A stretch of 62,357 nucleotides of DNA, the filler included, from Rhabdomonas costata (taxonomy: Eukaryota): NCBI GenBank assembly GCA_019059605.1. It is 28 parts of 28 records of this genome, joined end to end, with 100 filler letters (N's around TTAATTAATTAA, not from the genome) between each part and the next. Parts side by side here need not be neighbours in the genome. Positions count along the whole stretch, not along the records: positions 26,780 to 28,911 come from JAHMHO010005412.1; positions 29,012 to 31,141 come from JAHMHO010005413.1; positions 31,242 to 33,375 come from JAHMHO010005414.1; positions 33,476 to 35,605 come from JAHMHO010005415.1; positions 35,706 to 37,836 come from JAHMHO010005416.1; positions 37,937 to 40,066 come from JAHMHO010005417.1; 22 more parts are not named here. One strand, given 5' to 3'. Below the pieces are notes generated by a model. That model did no database searches and was not told the origin of the DNA. It was given only the letters and a program-made list of their open reading frames with translations. Within the stretch, counting starts at the first letter, position 1. Each line of letters opens with the position of its first letter. The translations under genes and the position numbers were made by a program. This document shows positions 26,680 through 38,176 of the stretch, piece by piece.

Positions 26680-27309
26680 NNNNNNNNNNNNNNNNNNNNN
26701 NNNNNNNNNNNNNNNNNNNNNNNTTAATTAATTAANNNNNNNNNNNNNNNNNNNNNNNNNNNNNNNNNNNNNNNNNNNNCCTACAGCTGGGAAAAAGAAG
26801 AGAATTGCTGTGAATCATTGTAGACCAGAAAAGTACAAGAGAACATCAGATATAAAGACAAAAAACTATAGCATAGGCTCTGCAAGCCTCCAAAGTTCTT
26901 TCTCCGATTGCTATTCTGGGGGTCCTTCCCGGTGGGCCTATTAGCCTAGAGTAACGGGTTGGGGCAAATTTTTGGTGTGTGTGATAGTCTCCTGAGATGA
27001 GTTCGTTGGCCTCATCCCGGCCTCGGACTGCTTCACCACTCCGATATATGACCCGTCAAGGTCCATTTCAGGCCTGTGGTGTGTGTTCAAAGCTGTAGTG
27101 TGTGCGTGTGTGCTTGCGTGTGTGGTGTAGGTAGAACCTAGGATTGCTTCATGCTGCCACCGGATTGGGCCGGAATGCTTGTGCTCACTTCTGCTTGTTA
27201 GGTCTCATAATTGATCCATTATGAGACCTACAGACATTGGCTGCGATTCGTCAAGTCCCATTGTTTTGCAGCGACATCTCTCGTTGTCGTTTGTTGGGCG
27301 GGCTTACAG

Positions 27310-28399
27310 TATGGACCTGTGAGCTGCTTTCTGTACTGCTTGAACTCCGTGGACACTGCGGTGGAGGAGGAGGATACCCACACTGTCCTGCACGAGATCG
27401 TGCAGAACGAAGCGGTGCTCACATCTCTGCCAGTGGTTTTGTTTTGCGCTGTGCTTTTTACTGCTCAGAATCGGTCTCTGTATATCTATTTTTTCCGCGC
27501 CACCCTTCCTACAGGCGGGGGGTCAACCATTTTCTTGTTTTTTGTCCGCTCAGGTGGACTTTATGGAGAGCGATGTCATCGAGGCCTTGGTGGAGGTGAT
27601 ATCCTCCCACTCCTACACGCATACACACACGCACATACTCGCTCACTCCCTTGCGCCTGTTCCCATATGTGTAGTTGTATTTGCCATTGTGGTCATTCTG
27701 GCACCTCTTTGGAGATTATTAGCAGCTTGCTGACGGGCAGAAGCGTGGGCTGGAATGAGCCGTAACATTGAGCGTTGTCTCTCGAAACTGAGAGAAAAGA
27801 CACGACGGAGAATTTTCTGAGAGTTTTACGAACACCCAAAAAATGAAATGCTGCAAATTTAGCATGGCGGATGCTCAATATCTTCAAGTGGCTAGCAGTC
27901 CTTTTGGCCATATGTGGTGTTGAACTCGGGCATGACAACGACTGCGGAGTATCATGGAATCGTTCTGATGAGACTGAACATCTGCGCGGTCCCTCTTGGG
28001 CTTGGGAATGCACATCCTTTCTTTTAATCTTCTTTAGCAAGAGTGGAAATTTGACTATCTAAGTGAACGTAATATCAATGCAGTTACCCCGCTAGAGGGG
28101 GAAGATTGTTTTTGTCCTGTGTGCACTGCGATGATGCCTGCCCTCTGTAGTGACCGGCATTTCAGAGGGTATGCGAGGGGGGATTTGCTGGGTTTGCTGG
28201 CAGGCCAAGTGGAAGGCCTACCTCCCGAAGTTTTGGCTGGCCGTGGGGTTGAGCATGGCGCAAGCTGTTGTAGTCAGCGCTCTGGTGTGGACGCACGACA
28301 GCGCCCGGGGCAGCCTGGTGGACGGCCTCCTGCTGACTTTTGTGCTGGTGGTCTCTTTTGTCAAGTTCTTCGTGGAAATCAAGCAGAGCTTGGCCCGAG
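27310..28399 (+). CDS. TRPV-like cation channel, linker/pre-S1/S1-S2 region, partial; exons 27310-27414, 27554-27595, 28204-28399
   Basis: Spliced YGPVSCFLYCLNSVDT...TVLHEIVQNEA|VDFMESDVIEALVE|AKWKAYLPKFWL followed by two hydrophobic segments. This matches the TRPV pattern YGP....LYDL..ID...L.LI...P...L...KW..Y. Phase-0 GT-AG introns. Confidence 0.8.
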
Positions 28400-29483
28400 G
28401 TTCCTGCTGAGCCACGTTTCTTAGCTTTTTGTCACCTCATAACCTTTTATCCCTTCCATAGAGACATCCGAGAAGTTCACCACAAAGGGTTAAACACTGT
28501 CATACACATGTTTGCACGGTTAATTGGGTTGACTTATGTCCATTTTCTTTTCGATTTCAGTGCATGTCACTTACTTTGGGCGCGGATTCGCCATCAGGTT
28601 CCCTAACTTCCAGTGGGGGAGGTTTGGTGGCGTGGTGTCCTTCCCCACATTTCAGGGGGACTCTTTTTACCGCCAAACCACATGACGCTCATTTCCGAAT
28701 CCCCCTAAGACCTGACATGTCAGTGGGGACTTGTGACGAGATTCTCACCATAATAATTCCAGCCAAAGTGTAAAATACGGCTTAGCATTGGCTGAAATTG
28801 GAAGCACGTGTCGAATTCCCCCTCCCTCCTACTCCGACGCTATGCGATGATGGCTCCATCCGAACCAACCCATCTCACTCAGTCCAACCTCTTTTGATGG
28901 TAGAAACGTGCNNNNNNNNNNNNNNNNNNNNNNNNNNNNNNNNNNNNNNNNNNNNTTAATTAATTAANNNNNNNNNNNNNNNNNNNNNNNNNNNNNNNNN
29001 NNNNNNNNNNNTGTGGTGTGTGAAATGAATAGCTTATGGAATCAGTAGGAGGGTTCCTAATTGGTGATTCTGTAGACTTGTCACCGTGAATTTCCTTTGC
29101 TTTTCTGGCCTCTTTTCAGAGGCCCAGGTGCATATGGGGCTTAGCTTGCACGCTCCTTGTCCCGCAGTGTTTGCCGTCGCCGCCCGTCGCCGCCCGTCGC
29201 TCAGGACGTGCCCTTTGGGTCGTTGCTCAACACTCAAACGAACGTCATGTATTCAGTACATTCGTCTGGGCACAATCTACACACATCTACCTTCTCTTTC
29301 TTTTTTCTGTAGGGAGCTGAGGATTATTTACTTCTTTGGTGTCCTTTGATGTGCGTTTTTGGTGTCTGTGTCCTTCGACGTCTAACCTTTGTACAGGTTC
29401 TGGGGCACAGCTGTGGGGGTACACTTCTTTGAGTTTGGCAGCAGCAGGAGACCTTTGAAGGCCATACTACCGCACCCTACCCA

Positions 29484-30851
29484 ATGGGGCTTCTATCCGT
29501 TGGCCAGCCCATCCCCTGGGAGATGGTCACCCAGGAGATGTACGACCACGTCCGGCTGCACGGCGCACTGCAGTTCCTCCACCAGTACCGCGCCCACCAG
29601 GACCGGGAGGAAGGCCTCCAGCTGAAGTGGGGCGAGGAGATCGAGTACCACCTGCTCCGGTACCCGCATTCTCCATCCCATATCACAATCAACTCCAAAA
29701 AAAACCATATCTGGTAGATCGCTGGGAGTATAGGATCTGTTGCCGCCCTCTCTGGTATATTGCTCTCTTTCTTGAATGTCGTCCCTTGTGATACCATCTT
29801 GTCAAACCCACTCGCCCGCCGTTGCGATATTCCGAGTTCAACCGCCTTTTCCAGTGGTGTGTCTGTGGCCAAAGTTCCCGTAAGGACGCGAATCGCAGGA
29901 AATGTGGTGGGACCAGCAGCGTTGTGCCTGTTGTCATTCTGCAACCAATTTCCGTCATTGGAAAATCAGCTAGTTCGTATGTTTGGAAACCATTTCTGAA
30001 ACTTTCCGAGACGATAATGGTGTCGACGAGTGTGTAGCTGTCCTTTTGTTCTTGACCGATCGCTGCTTTGTCGTGCAAACCATAAAAATAGGTTTACGGA
30101 GGAAGGGCGGGTCCACCTGCAGCCCCGGGTGCACGAGGTCCTGGAGCAGCTCTCCTCGCGAGCCTCGGAGTGCTCGCCATGCAGCACCATAGTAGCGTGG
30201 CATCCGGAGTACGCTAACTGGATGATCGAGGCCACCCCGGGCCAGCCCTACGGAAACCTCACCGCCCACCTGCTGATGGTGGAGCCCAACATGAGCCTCC
30301 GGAGGTAACGCACCTCACACGCTCACCGGCCTCACATCAGCAAAAGAGGTCACAAGCTCAGAAGGCATGGTGTTGCCCAGCCCTTGTTGAAATTGCACGG
30401 TTCGAGATGTTGCTCTCGGGGTTGTTCGTGTTTTCAGAATTTTTTTGGGGCTCCCACCAAGTTCTCAAAAGCGTGTACAAGAGGTACCAGCGCGGTTCTA
30501 GAGTTGCCAGATTGCACAAATTCCAGCGAGATCGGAATGTGCTGCGACAAGCGAATCTCACAGAATTTGTAGGCGGGGTGTTGCGTTGTGTTGTGTGATA
30601 AGGTGCTGACGGTTGGCTGTGACCACGCTTTCCCCCACAGGAAGTGCCCCCTTCCCTTCCTTCGGGAGGGCGAGGCTCTTCTGTCCATCACGGTGCACCC
30701 GCGGCTGGGAGCCCCAGACTGCCTGCCCCCTGCGCAGCCCACATCCCTGCCTCTGCCGGGGCCCGTGGCGCAGAGCGTATTCCTGCCCGACGAGGTGATC
30801 ACGCCCCACCCGAGGTTCCCCACCCTCACCGGGAACATCCGAAAGCGACGG
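29484..30851 (+). CDS. GSH1: Glutamate-cysteine ligase catalytic subunit (gamma-GCS), 5' part; exons 29484-29659, 30092-30304, 30641-30851
   Basis: MGLLSVGQPIPW, HGALQF, LKWGEEIEY, WHPEYANWMIEATPGQPY, VEPNMSLRR, SVFLPDEVITPHPRFPTLTGNIRKRR. In-phase GT-AG introns. Confidence 0.96.
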
Positions 30852-31370
30852 GTACCTCCTTTTTTCCTCCTGCTGCTCCTTCTCCTTACTACTATAACGC
30901 GAAAAGAAGGTGCGATGACGCCATGTGTGTGGGGAGGAAGTCTGAAGGAGGCCCTTATTGCTCCTGTGGTATCTTATTGTGCCCGCACTTGGCGTTCAAG
31001 TGCGGCTGTCATTCGAAAGAGGTCATGACCTGGCGTCCGTGGCAGAGGGGACCACGCAATGCGATCTTACCGACCAACATTATTCATCACTTAAGCAGAA
31101 ACCGAGATCATTAATACCTTGCTTGTCCTCGCTGGGCATACNNNNNNNNNNNNNNNNNNNNNNNNNNNNNNNNNNNNNNNNNNNNTTAATTAATTAANNN
31201 NNNNNNNNNNNNNNNNNNNNNNNNNNNNNNNNNNNNNNNNNTTGTGTTGTTCTCCACATATTCTGTTTGCTTTGCTTGTATATGCACATTTCTCTCTCGA
31301 CATCCGATGCTCTATGATCTGTTTTTGGTTGCACCTTGAGATCGACGTGTGGTTGTGGGGTGCCGTGCAG

Positions 31371-31488
31371 CTACCAGGGTGAGTCCATGGATCCTGAGTC
31401 GATGACCATCCTCTGCCGGTTCTCCGAGGATGGGATGTCCCAGAAGTTTTACTTCTGGAAGGATGGCATGAAGGAGGAGAAGGTGTGA
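31371..31488 (+). CDS. TCTP: Translationally controlled tumour protein, terminal exon (absent from the ORF track)
   Basis: After gtgcag| the frame reads YQGESMDPESMTILCRFSEDGMSQKFYFWKDGMKEEKV-TGA, matching the TCTP C-terminus GESM.P......EDG.....F.KDGL..EK. Confidence 0.88.
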
Positions 31489-32723
31489 AGCTCCCGTAGA
31501 GAGCCGCCACCAGAAATTACAGAGAGTGTGTGTGTGATCAGGCGGTACTACATTCCCCTTGTTTTGTTTGTGTGGCTTGGCGGAACCATCTCTGCTGTGT
31601 TGCTTTGCCCCGATCTTCTCTCGAGATTTCCAGGAACAGTGCTTCTGATGAGGGGTTTTTGTAATCCATCTGTACCGGATGTCCCATTTAAAAAGGAACA
31701 ATGCTTTATTTTTTGGATTATTTCAAGGCAGACAAAGCATGGTGTTTGGGATGTGGGGTTGGGGTTGTGTCATGGGTGGTTCCCTATTTTATTGGTGAGG
31801 GTTACTGGGCTGTGTCTTTGTCAATTTTGTACACGTCGTCCTTTATAGCAGATACAAACACACAACTGTTTTGAGCAATGCGTTGGACGCCCGCGCGATG
31901 GAGGTTTACGATATGTGGGGCACAGAAGCTCGGGAGCGAGGAGAGACTTCAGAAGGCAATGGGGAAAGGAAGGGGCCAGCAGGGACGGGGGGTGTCTGGG
32001 TGTGGCGCTTTAAGGAATGAAGTCCATTCAGTCGCGTGTTTTGCCTATCCATAAGGCCGGGTGAGAGGGCTCGGTTTCCCGAACCTCGTACTGGGCTCAA
32101 GGCCCGGTTGACTGATACTAGTTTTGGGGTGAAATACGGTAGTTTTGTGGGGATGGGAGTTTGGGTGTAGCAAAAGGGGGTTTCCAATTAGATTCCTTTA
32201 GTTTTGGTCTGATGCGGTAGCAAATTTCAAAACAAGCCGTTAGGGACCAGTTACCAAAAGGTCCTCGGGGGAAAAGCGGTACCAAAGGAAATCAAAAGCA
32301 GGAAGGAAAGCAAGAAAAGACAACGGGTATTGTGCAGGGAAAAGAGAGTAGCAATGTTCAAGGGGGAATGGCCAGAAGGTCATTTGGCCAAAGGGCGTTT
32401 TGTTAGAGTATGTGTTTATGGGAGTATGTGTTTCCGGGCAAAGGTTGAACCTTGGCCTGTGGAGATGAATCTGTTTCTAACATTAGGAGGACCGCTACAC
32501 CGGGTCCGCGCGACGTGTCTGGTTTATTTTGTCCAAGCCATTAAGAATGGAAAAGTTAATTTATTACTAAACAAGGATCAAACGGTAACACCACGTGGTG
32601 TTTCACCCGAATGGCGGTTAAAGGAAATGGTGCTCGTATACAATGTACACCCCCCCACCCAAGTATACAACATGCACCCACTGTTCAGGATTCTTTGAGT
32701 TGTCTTTTTGTTTCTGTGTTTGT

Positions 32724-32960
32724 ATGATGAGTAATCCGAAAGGTGCTCGTAAAGGGACTGAAGGGAAGCAAAAGCAACTCTTCCCGTTCGTGTCGAGCAA
32801 GAATGGCCGAATGAAGGCAGTCAAGTTACCATCATTGAGCGAGGTCATGAACTCCATCAAAGACCTCAACAAGGTTGTCGTGTACATGAAGGACTATGGA
32901 GTGCTGTGCAAGCCCTCGTGCCCCTGCAAGAAGCTGAAGCTAAAGGTGTACCCCCAGGAT
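32724..32960 (+). mobile_element. Possible truncated Merlin/IS1595(ISXO2)-like transposase N-terminus
   Basis: Intronless LSEVMNSIKDLNKVVVYMKDYGVLCKPSCPCKKLKLK resembles the helix-G.L-C.C start of the Zn ribbon. No DDE domain or TIR pair was seen. Confidence 0.3.
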
Positions 32961-33110
32961 TGCAATAGAAGATTTGCAGGGGGTTAGAGGGCGATGCACG
33001 CTTCCCAGGATTCCAATAGTAGATTTGCAGGGGGTTAGAGGGCGATGCACGCTTCCCAGGATTCCAATAGAAGATTTGCAGGGGGTTAGAGGGCGATGCA
33101 CGCTTCCCAG
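32953..33110 (+). repeat. 51-bp tandem repeat, three full units plus the start of a fourth
   Basis: Unit cccaggatt(c/g)caatag(a/t)agatttgcagggggttagagggcgatgcacgctt starts at 32953, 33004, 33055 and 33106. Confidence 0.97.
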
Positions 33111-33119
33111 CGGTACACC

Positions 33120-33154
33120 TGCGGGGGGGTCCGGGGGGGCGGAGCCCCCCCGCA
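33120..33154 (+). other. GC-rich hairpin
   Basis: TGCGGGGGGG-TCCG/loop/CGGA-G-CCCCCCCGCA forms a 14-bp stem with one bulge. Confidence 0.85.
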
Positions 33155-34317
33155 CTTTACGCGGGTTAGAGGGCGATACATGTGTCTAACATTCAGGTGG
33201 TTTCTTTTCGAGGTCATGCTTACTGGCGCGGTGGAAGCTGCAGAAGTAGATTCTCTTGCTTCGTGGTCTCCTATTACACACTTTCGTGCTATGCATGGTG
33301 TACTCTCCTGCAGGCTTGAGCTCCATCTTTATGAGTGAATGTGGCGCCGAAACGTTCTCTCTTCCACACCCCCACNNNNNNNNNNNNNNNNNNNNNNNNN
33401 NNNNNNNNNNNNNNNNNNNTTAATTAATTAANNNNNNNNNNNNNNNNNNNNNNNNNNNNNNNNNNNNNNNNNNNNCCCAGTGCGGTTTTTTTTTTGTTTT
33501 TAGCAATTTTCGAGAAACCCCCACAACCGCCTGCCCCTCACATTTCAGGTTGCTTTTGGCCAACGGTTTCTCATGGCCTTGGTTTGTTCCCTTGCTCCAC
33601 CAAGAGAGTTGTCGTGACTTTTGTCCCATGATAGGGGTTCCAAGGAGTTCCAAGGAAAATGCAGTACAGGGATTGTGTTATTTATGTGTGAAGACCAGCC
33701 GCCGCCGCGACCAGGTTGAGGTGGTTGAGGTGGATGTTGGTTGAGTCTTGCTCGAAACTGGGAGATGAGGCGGCGGTGAGCGGGCTCTCTCATTTTGGTT
33801 TGGGGTTACCCAGGACAGGGTTTGATCCCTTGCTGAAGTTCTCGTAGAAACAGGGGGTTGTGTGAATTACACCGCCCCGTGACCCCCCCTCCCTCAATAG
33901 TGACCAGTTTTTGCTGATCCAAGTTGTCCTGGGCCGCGGAGCGCAGCGGCTCCTAGGTAATCCTACGTGTTAAGACAGGGTGAGTGGGTGTCATTTCCAA
34001 GGCATATTTCCCAAGGTGGAATGATTATTCTTTCATGCCCTCTCCTGAGAATTTCAAATTTTGATTGAGTGTCCAAATCGGGATACCAGAAAAAAGCGAT
34101 GGTGAACAGGATCGTCTTTGCAAAGGCGATAGCGGGTGAAACTCTTTCAAACGACGATGTACCGCAACAATTTCGATGTTGTTCCTCATCGTGTTTTGAA
34201 AGATGTTTAAACACTATCACGTGGGAGGAGGTGGATGGTGGGAAATGGACTGAGCTGCTTGGCTACATTTTGGAAATGCCGTGGAGGTGTTTAACGCAGC
34301 GTGTTTTTTTACTTCAG

Positions 34318-34864
34318 GATTTGATGGGAGACAATGTGGAGCATCAGCTTCTGCGAGAGATCGAAATTCAGACCAACGTGCGGTACGCCAGTGTTGTGTT
34401 CCTGAGGGTTGTCATGATATACTCAAATGGGCACAAAGGGCACCGCTTCTATTTGCATTTCGGTGGATTTCTCACACATGTTTTTTGTTTAACTCGTGCT
34501 GAAGAATGTGTGTCCAAGCGCCCTGCTGGTTCGCGCTCATCGCAGGAATGTGATATACGCAGCAAGACCGAAGGCAGTGTGGCACAACCCGTGACTGCAG
34601 TAACTTTTTGACAGAGCGCGGGCGAGCGAGGACCCATGGCAGACCTTGGATATGTCTGTGTGCTGTACTGGTACTTTTCCTCAGCCATACCCAATTTTCC
34701 GAACCCATAATCTCTTCCCCCACAGCCACAAGCACGTGCTGCGGCTGTACACCTATTTCCACGACGCTTCCCGGATCTACCTAGTCCTGGAGTTTGCAGA
34801 GAAGGGGGAGCTCTTCGGACTCCTGCAGAAGCAGGGGAAGTTCTCCGAGGCCGTCTCAGCCCAG
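34318..34864 (+). CDS. Aurora/Ipl1-family protein kinase, partial; exons 34318-34382 and 34726-34864
   Basis: [46 protein letters not shown] is the Aurora subdomain III-V signature. In-phase GT-AG intron. Confidence 0.92.
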
Positions 34865-35857
34865 GTACATTGCTCATTTTTGTCCGATGGTGACACCGGT
34901 AGTGCGGATCCTTCTTCCAAATCACCGTTGATTTATTCGCTTAGGGCGGGGCGGGGTTCTGCATGTAACACGGAGTTGAATGGTGTGGACGCTGATTTTT
35001 GGACAAAAAGGCCGCATAAGCTGGTATTTTGACTGGAGAATCTGGATAATTGGCGTAAAGGGAACTTTGGACACTTGAGGTGATAACCGATCACACCGCA
35101 ACGCAGAACTTCTCTTTCTCCTTACCAACTCTTCACATGGTGCATTACCAAAGGGAAGGACGGTTGCTGAAACGTGTGAAGTAGACTTCAGAGTGGACAG
35201 CACGCAGAATAAAAACCACCATCACAAGTGGCGACAGTGGTGGCTCAAGTGGCTCAACATATGCAGTCTTACATCTCCGGCCATGCTTCGGCCATCAACG
35301 GTGCTCATCATGTTTACCATTGCCAAACATTGGCTACCACCACTCGTCGTGATAACCGCGGCAGATAATGACCTCTGGCCCGTGTGTTGTTCGTATTTTG
35401 CTTTTTGCCGTGAAGTTCTGAGCTAATGATGGATCATCTCCGGAATTTTTCGAGAAGAAAAATAACAAATCATCAAAAATAAGTCAAGGAGAGCCATCTC
35501 CGCGCCACCAAAAGAGACTACCGTCATGTTTGAGTGACGCAAGATAATGCATCATCAAATTGTGGATCACCTTCGACCCCATCCAAGATCCGCGATCCAC
35601 ACAACNNNNNNNNNNNNNNNNNNNNNNNNNNNNNNNNNNNNNNNNNNNNTTAATTAATTAANNNNNNNNNNNNNNNNNNNNNNNNNNNNNNNNNNNNNNN
35701 NNNNNTGGGTTATCCACTTCGTTCTGCTATCGTCTTCGCTCAACTACTTTTGCTTTCGTATCCTTTAGCTCGTATTGGCGGACCCAAAGCAAAAGTAGTT
35801 GAGCGAAGACGATAGCAGAACGAAGTGGATACCCCACGTTCCCGAATAAAGTACCTC

Positions 35858-35897
35858 CACAATTTGTGCCACTTCTTGCCCCACGTAGCGGAGGGTG
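35858..35897 (-). repeat. Dispersed repeat family A, copy 2 (partial)
   Basis: Reverse complement accctccgctacgtggggcaagaagtggcacaaa matches 12155-12188. Confidence 0.7.
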
Positions 35898-36694
35898 AAA
35901 GGCAGCACCCACAACTTATGAACAAAGAACCACCCACGCTGAAAAGGGCTGCGGTGTGCTGACTCGCGGCATTCTTCCCATTGGTTCACGCCCGCTATCC
36001 CCCAAAGGTGCGTCCAGGTGTGGGCGATTTGTACCTGAATTGCCAGCGCTGTGGGAGTGCCTCCTTTCACACCCGCGGCTGGCCTCCTCACGACCCCCGC
36101 CTCCAGTTCCCACGGCAGGGTGTCGTCCATCAGGGCACCCGGGCGGCGTGCAGAGAGAGGTTTCAGGGAGGCAGGGGAGGGCGGAGGGGAGGCGGCAGGG
36201 CCCTTCTCTTCACTCTCCTCGGGAGAGAGAAAGGCGTCCCCGCTGGGGGTCCACGCGGCAAGTTCAGTAGTGGGGGGCCTGGTCTGACCCTCGGCCACTC
36301 CTTTTGGAAGGGAAAGACGTAATGCTTGGGCTTCGGAAAAGCACGCGCAAGCGCGTGAGCGTGTAGAAAGATCGTCAGCTCGCTCGAGATGCCGCATCAC
36401 CATTCTAACTCATGGAATGACAGCAACAGCAACAACAAAGTTTGAGACTGCGCCATCTCCCTAACCACACAAATCACTGGTACGCATCAGGCACCATCAC
36501 CACACACGCCAAACCGCGCACGCAGCTACACTGTCCCCTGGTACTCAGTCATCGGTGCATGTTGGTTTGGTGGTGGCTTATTCTTCTCTTCCTAGAACAC
36601 TTGAACATGAGTCCCTCCGCAGAATGCAGGATGTGTCGTCTTACTCCTATCCAATGTTCAAGGTTGCACTGCGTGTCAATACACACAAACACAC

Positions 36695-37508
36695 CGTAGC
36701 TCGCGATGAAGTGCAGAGTGTTGGTGCGGCTGTTGCCATTGCCCCCGGCGCAGTCGATGGAGAAGGCAGAGTCAGATAGGCCCTGAACTCCCTTCAGCGC
36801 GCCGGCCCGGTCCAGCAGGGCTTGCTCCGCGTACAGAAACGTGATGAACCCGCTGCGCCGGCACTCCTCGTCCCCGGTACAGTACTCCTTGAACCTGCAC
36901 CAAAAAAACCGAACAGGGGCCTCTCATCCACAAAAAAAATAATCCATGAAATTTGCCGAGTTGCGGGTAATCATGAGGGAAGATCAGGTTTTGCGATACG
37001 AGACGTTCGACGCTGAACAGGAATGGAGGGAAAGTCAAAACCTCCGGGACAGTGGCCGGTAGCGAATAGTGGCCGGGATAGTGGCCGGGCGCGAACACAG
37101 GAAGTTTCTTGGCAGACGAAGAGAAGAGGGTTCTAAGTTGAGTTGTTGAGTTCTAAGTTGTCCAAGTGTGTTTTGCACAGATTGATGGACTTTGTACGCG
37201 TGTGCATGGGGGGGGGGCGAGAACAAAGGCAAAGCGCCGACAGAAAACGGGACCACCAAATGACTACGAGGATTCTGCGCAGCGGCGGAAATCGGCATAG
37301 TCGGTGTCACGAATGGAGGGACAGGGGGGAGGTGATAGAGAGAGTAAGAATAGGAAAATCACTCACCTGGGATATGCCAGTTGCAGCCATTTGGACTGAA
37401 ACAGCAGGGGCACCATTGGAGTTATGGGAATCAGCTGGATCCCGTGCACAAAGAAACCCCGCAGGCCAAAGAAGGTCTGGAATTCGACCACCATCTCGTG
37501 CAAGATCC
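36695..37508 (-). CDS. Glycoside hydrolase family 81 endo-beta-1,3-glucanase, C-terminal catalytic region, partial; exons 37508-37367 and 36894-36695
   Basis: GILHEMVVEFQTFFG...FVHGIQLIPITP...AYPR|FKEYC...GFITFLYAEQALLD...GGNGNSRTNTLHFIAS matches the GH81 motifs HGIQ.LP.TP and GNSRTN.L..IA. Confidence 0.87.
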
Positions 37509-37683
37509 CTGCAGGCGGACATAGAGAACGCATCGAGTGAATTCTTTTCATTTCCACGCCACGCGAGACAAACCAAAGTCGGCAGGTCTTTGCAATTTCA
37601 GTGCAGAGACGAAGCATAGTGCGGAAGATTGACAGACAAAGAGGGCTCCCCGAATCAGCCCTGGGGTCTTTTGCATAATACAA

Positions 37684-37740
37684 CAGGCCTCCCGAAACGC
37701 TGCGTGGCCGGTCATTGGAGTCAGAATTTTTTGACCTTTC
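37684..37740 (-). repeat. Dispersed repeat family A, copy 3 (partial)
   Basis: caggcctcccgaaacgctgc...tcagaattttttgacctttc is nearly identical to 38925-38983. Confidence 0.85.
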
Positions 37741-38176
37741 AAGATTGACATACACATCCTCATGCGATGAAGTTTGACATACACATCATCACAGCTGATG
37801 ACCAAGAGGGGACAGCTGAAGGGAGAGAGAGAGTGTNNNNNNNNNNNNNNNNNNNNNNNNNNNNNNNNNNNNNNNNNNNNTTAATTAATTAANNNNNNNN
37901 NNNNNNNNNNNNNNNNNNNNNNNNNNNNNNNNNNNNGTTTTTTGGGTATCGGAATTGTTTAGCGGCAGTTCCCTAGGTGCAGTTATTGGCTGATGATACG
38001 TTATCCACGGTCCATATCGGCCCAGGCTGACCCAAGGTGCACTCAGGGAAGCATTGTCGTTGGAGGGAATGACCCGACTCTTGGTGCCAGGCCTGTGTTG
38101 GAAGCGGCCTGGGGATCCTCCTTGGCCACCGCGGAGTTTTGCCTTTATTCACTCTTGTGTGGTGGGGGTGGCTCAG

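Noticed and set aside
32953..33110. CRISPR array
   Set aside because: Units are contiguous near-identical 51-mers with no unique spacers, there are no cas genes, and the context is eukaryotic.
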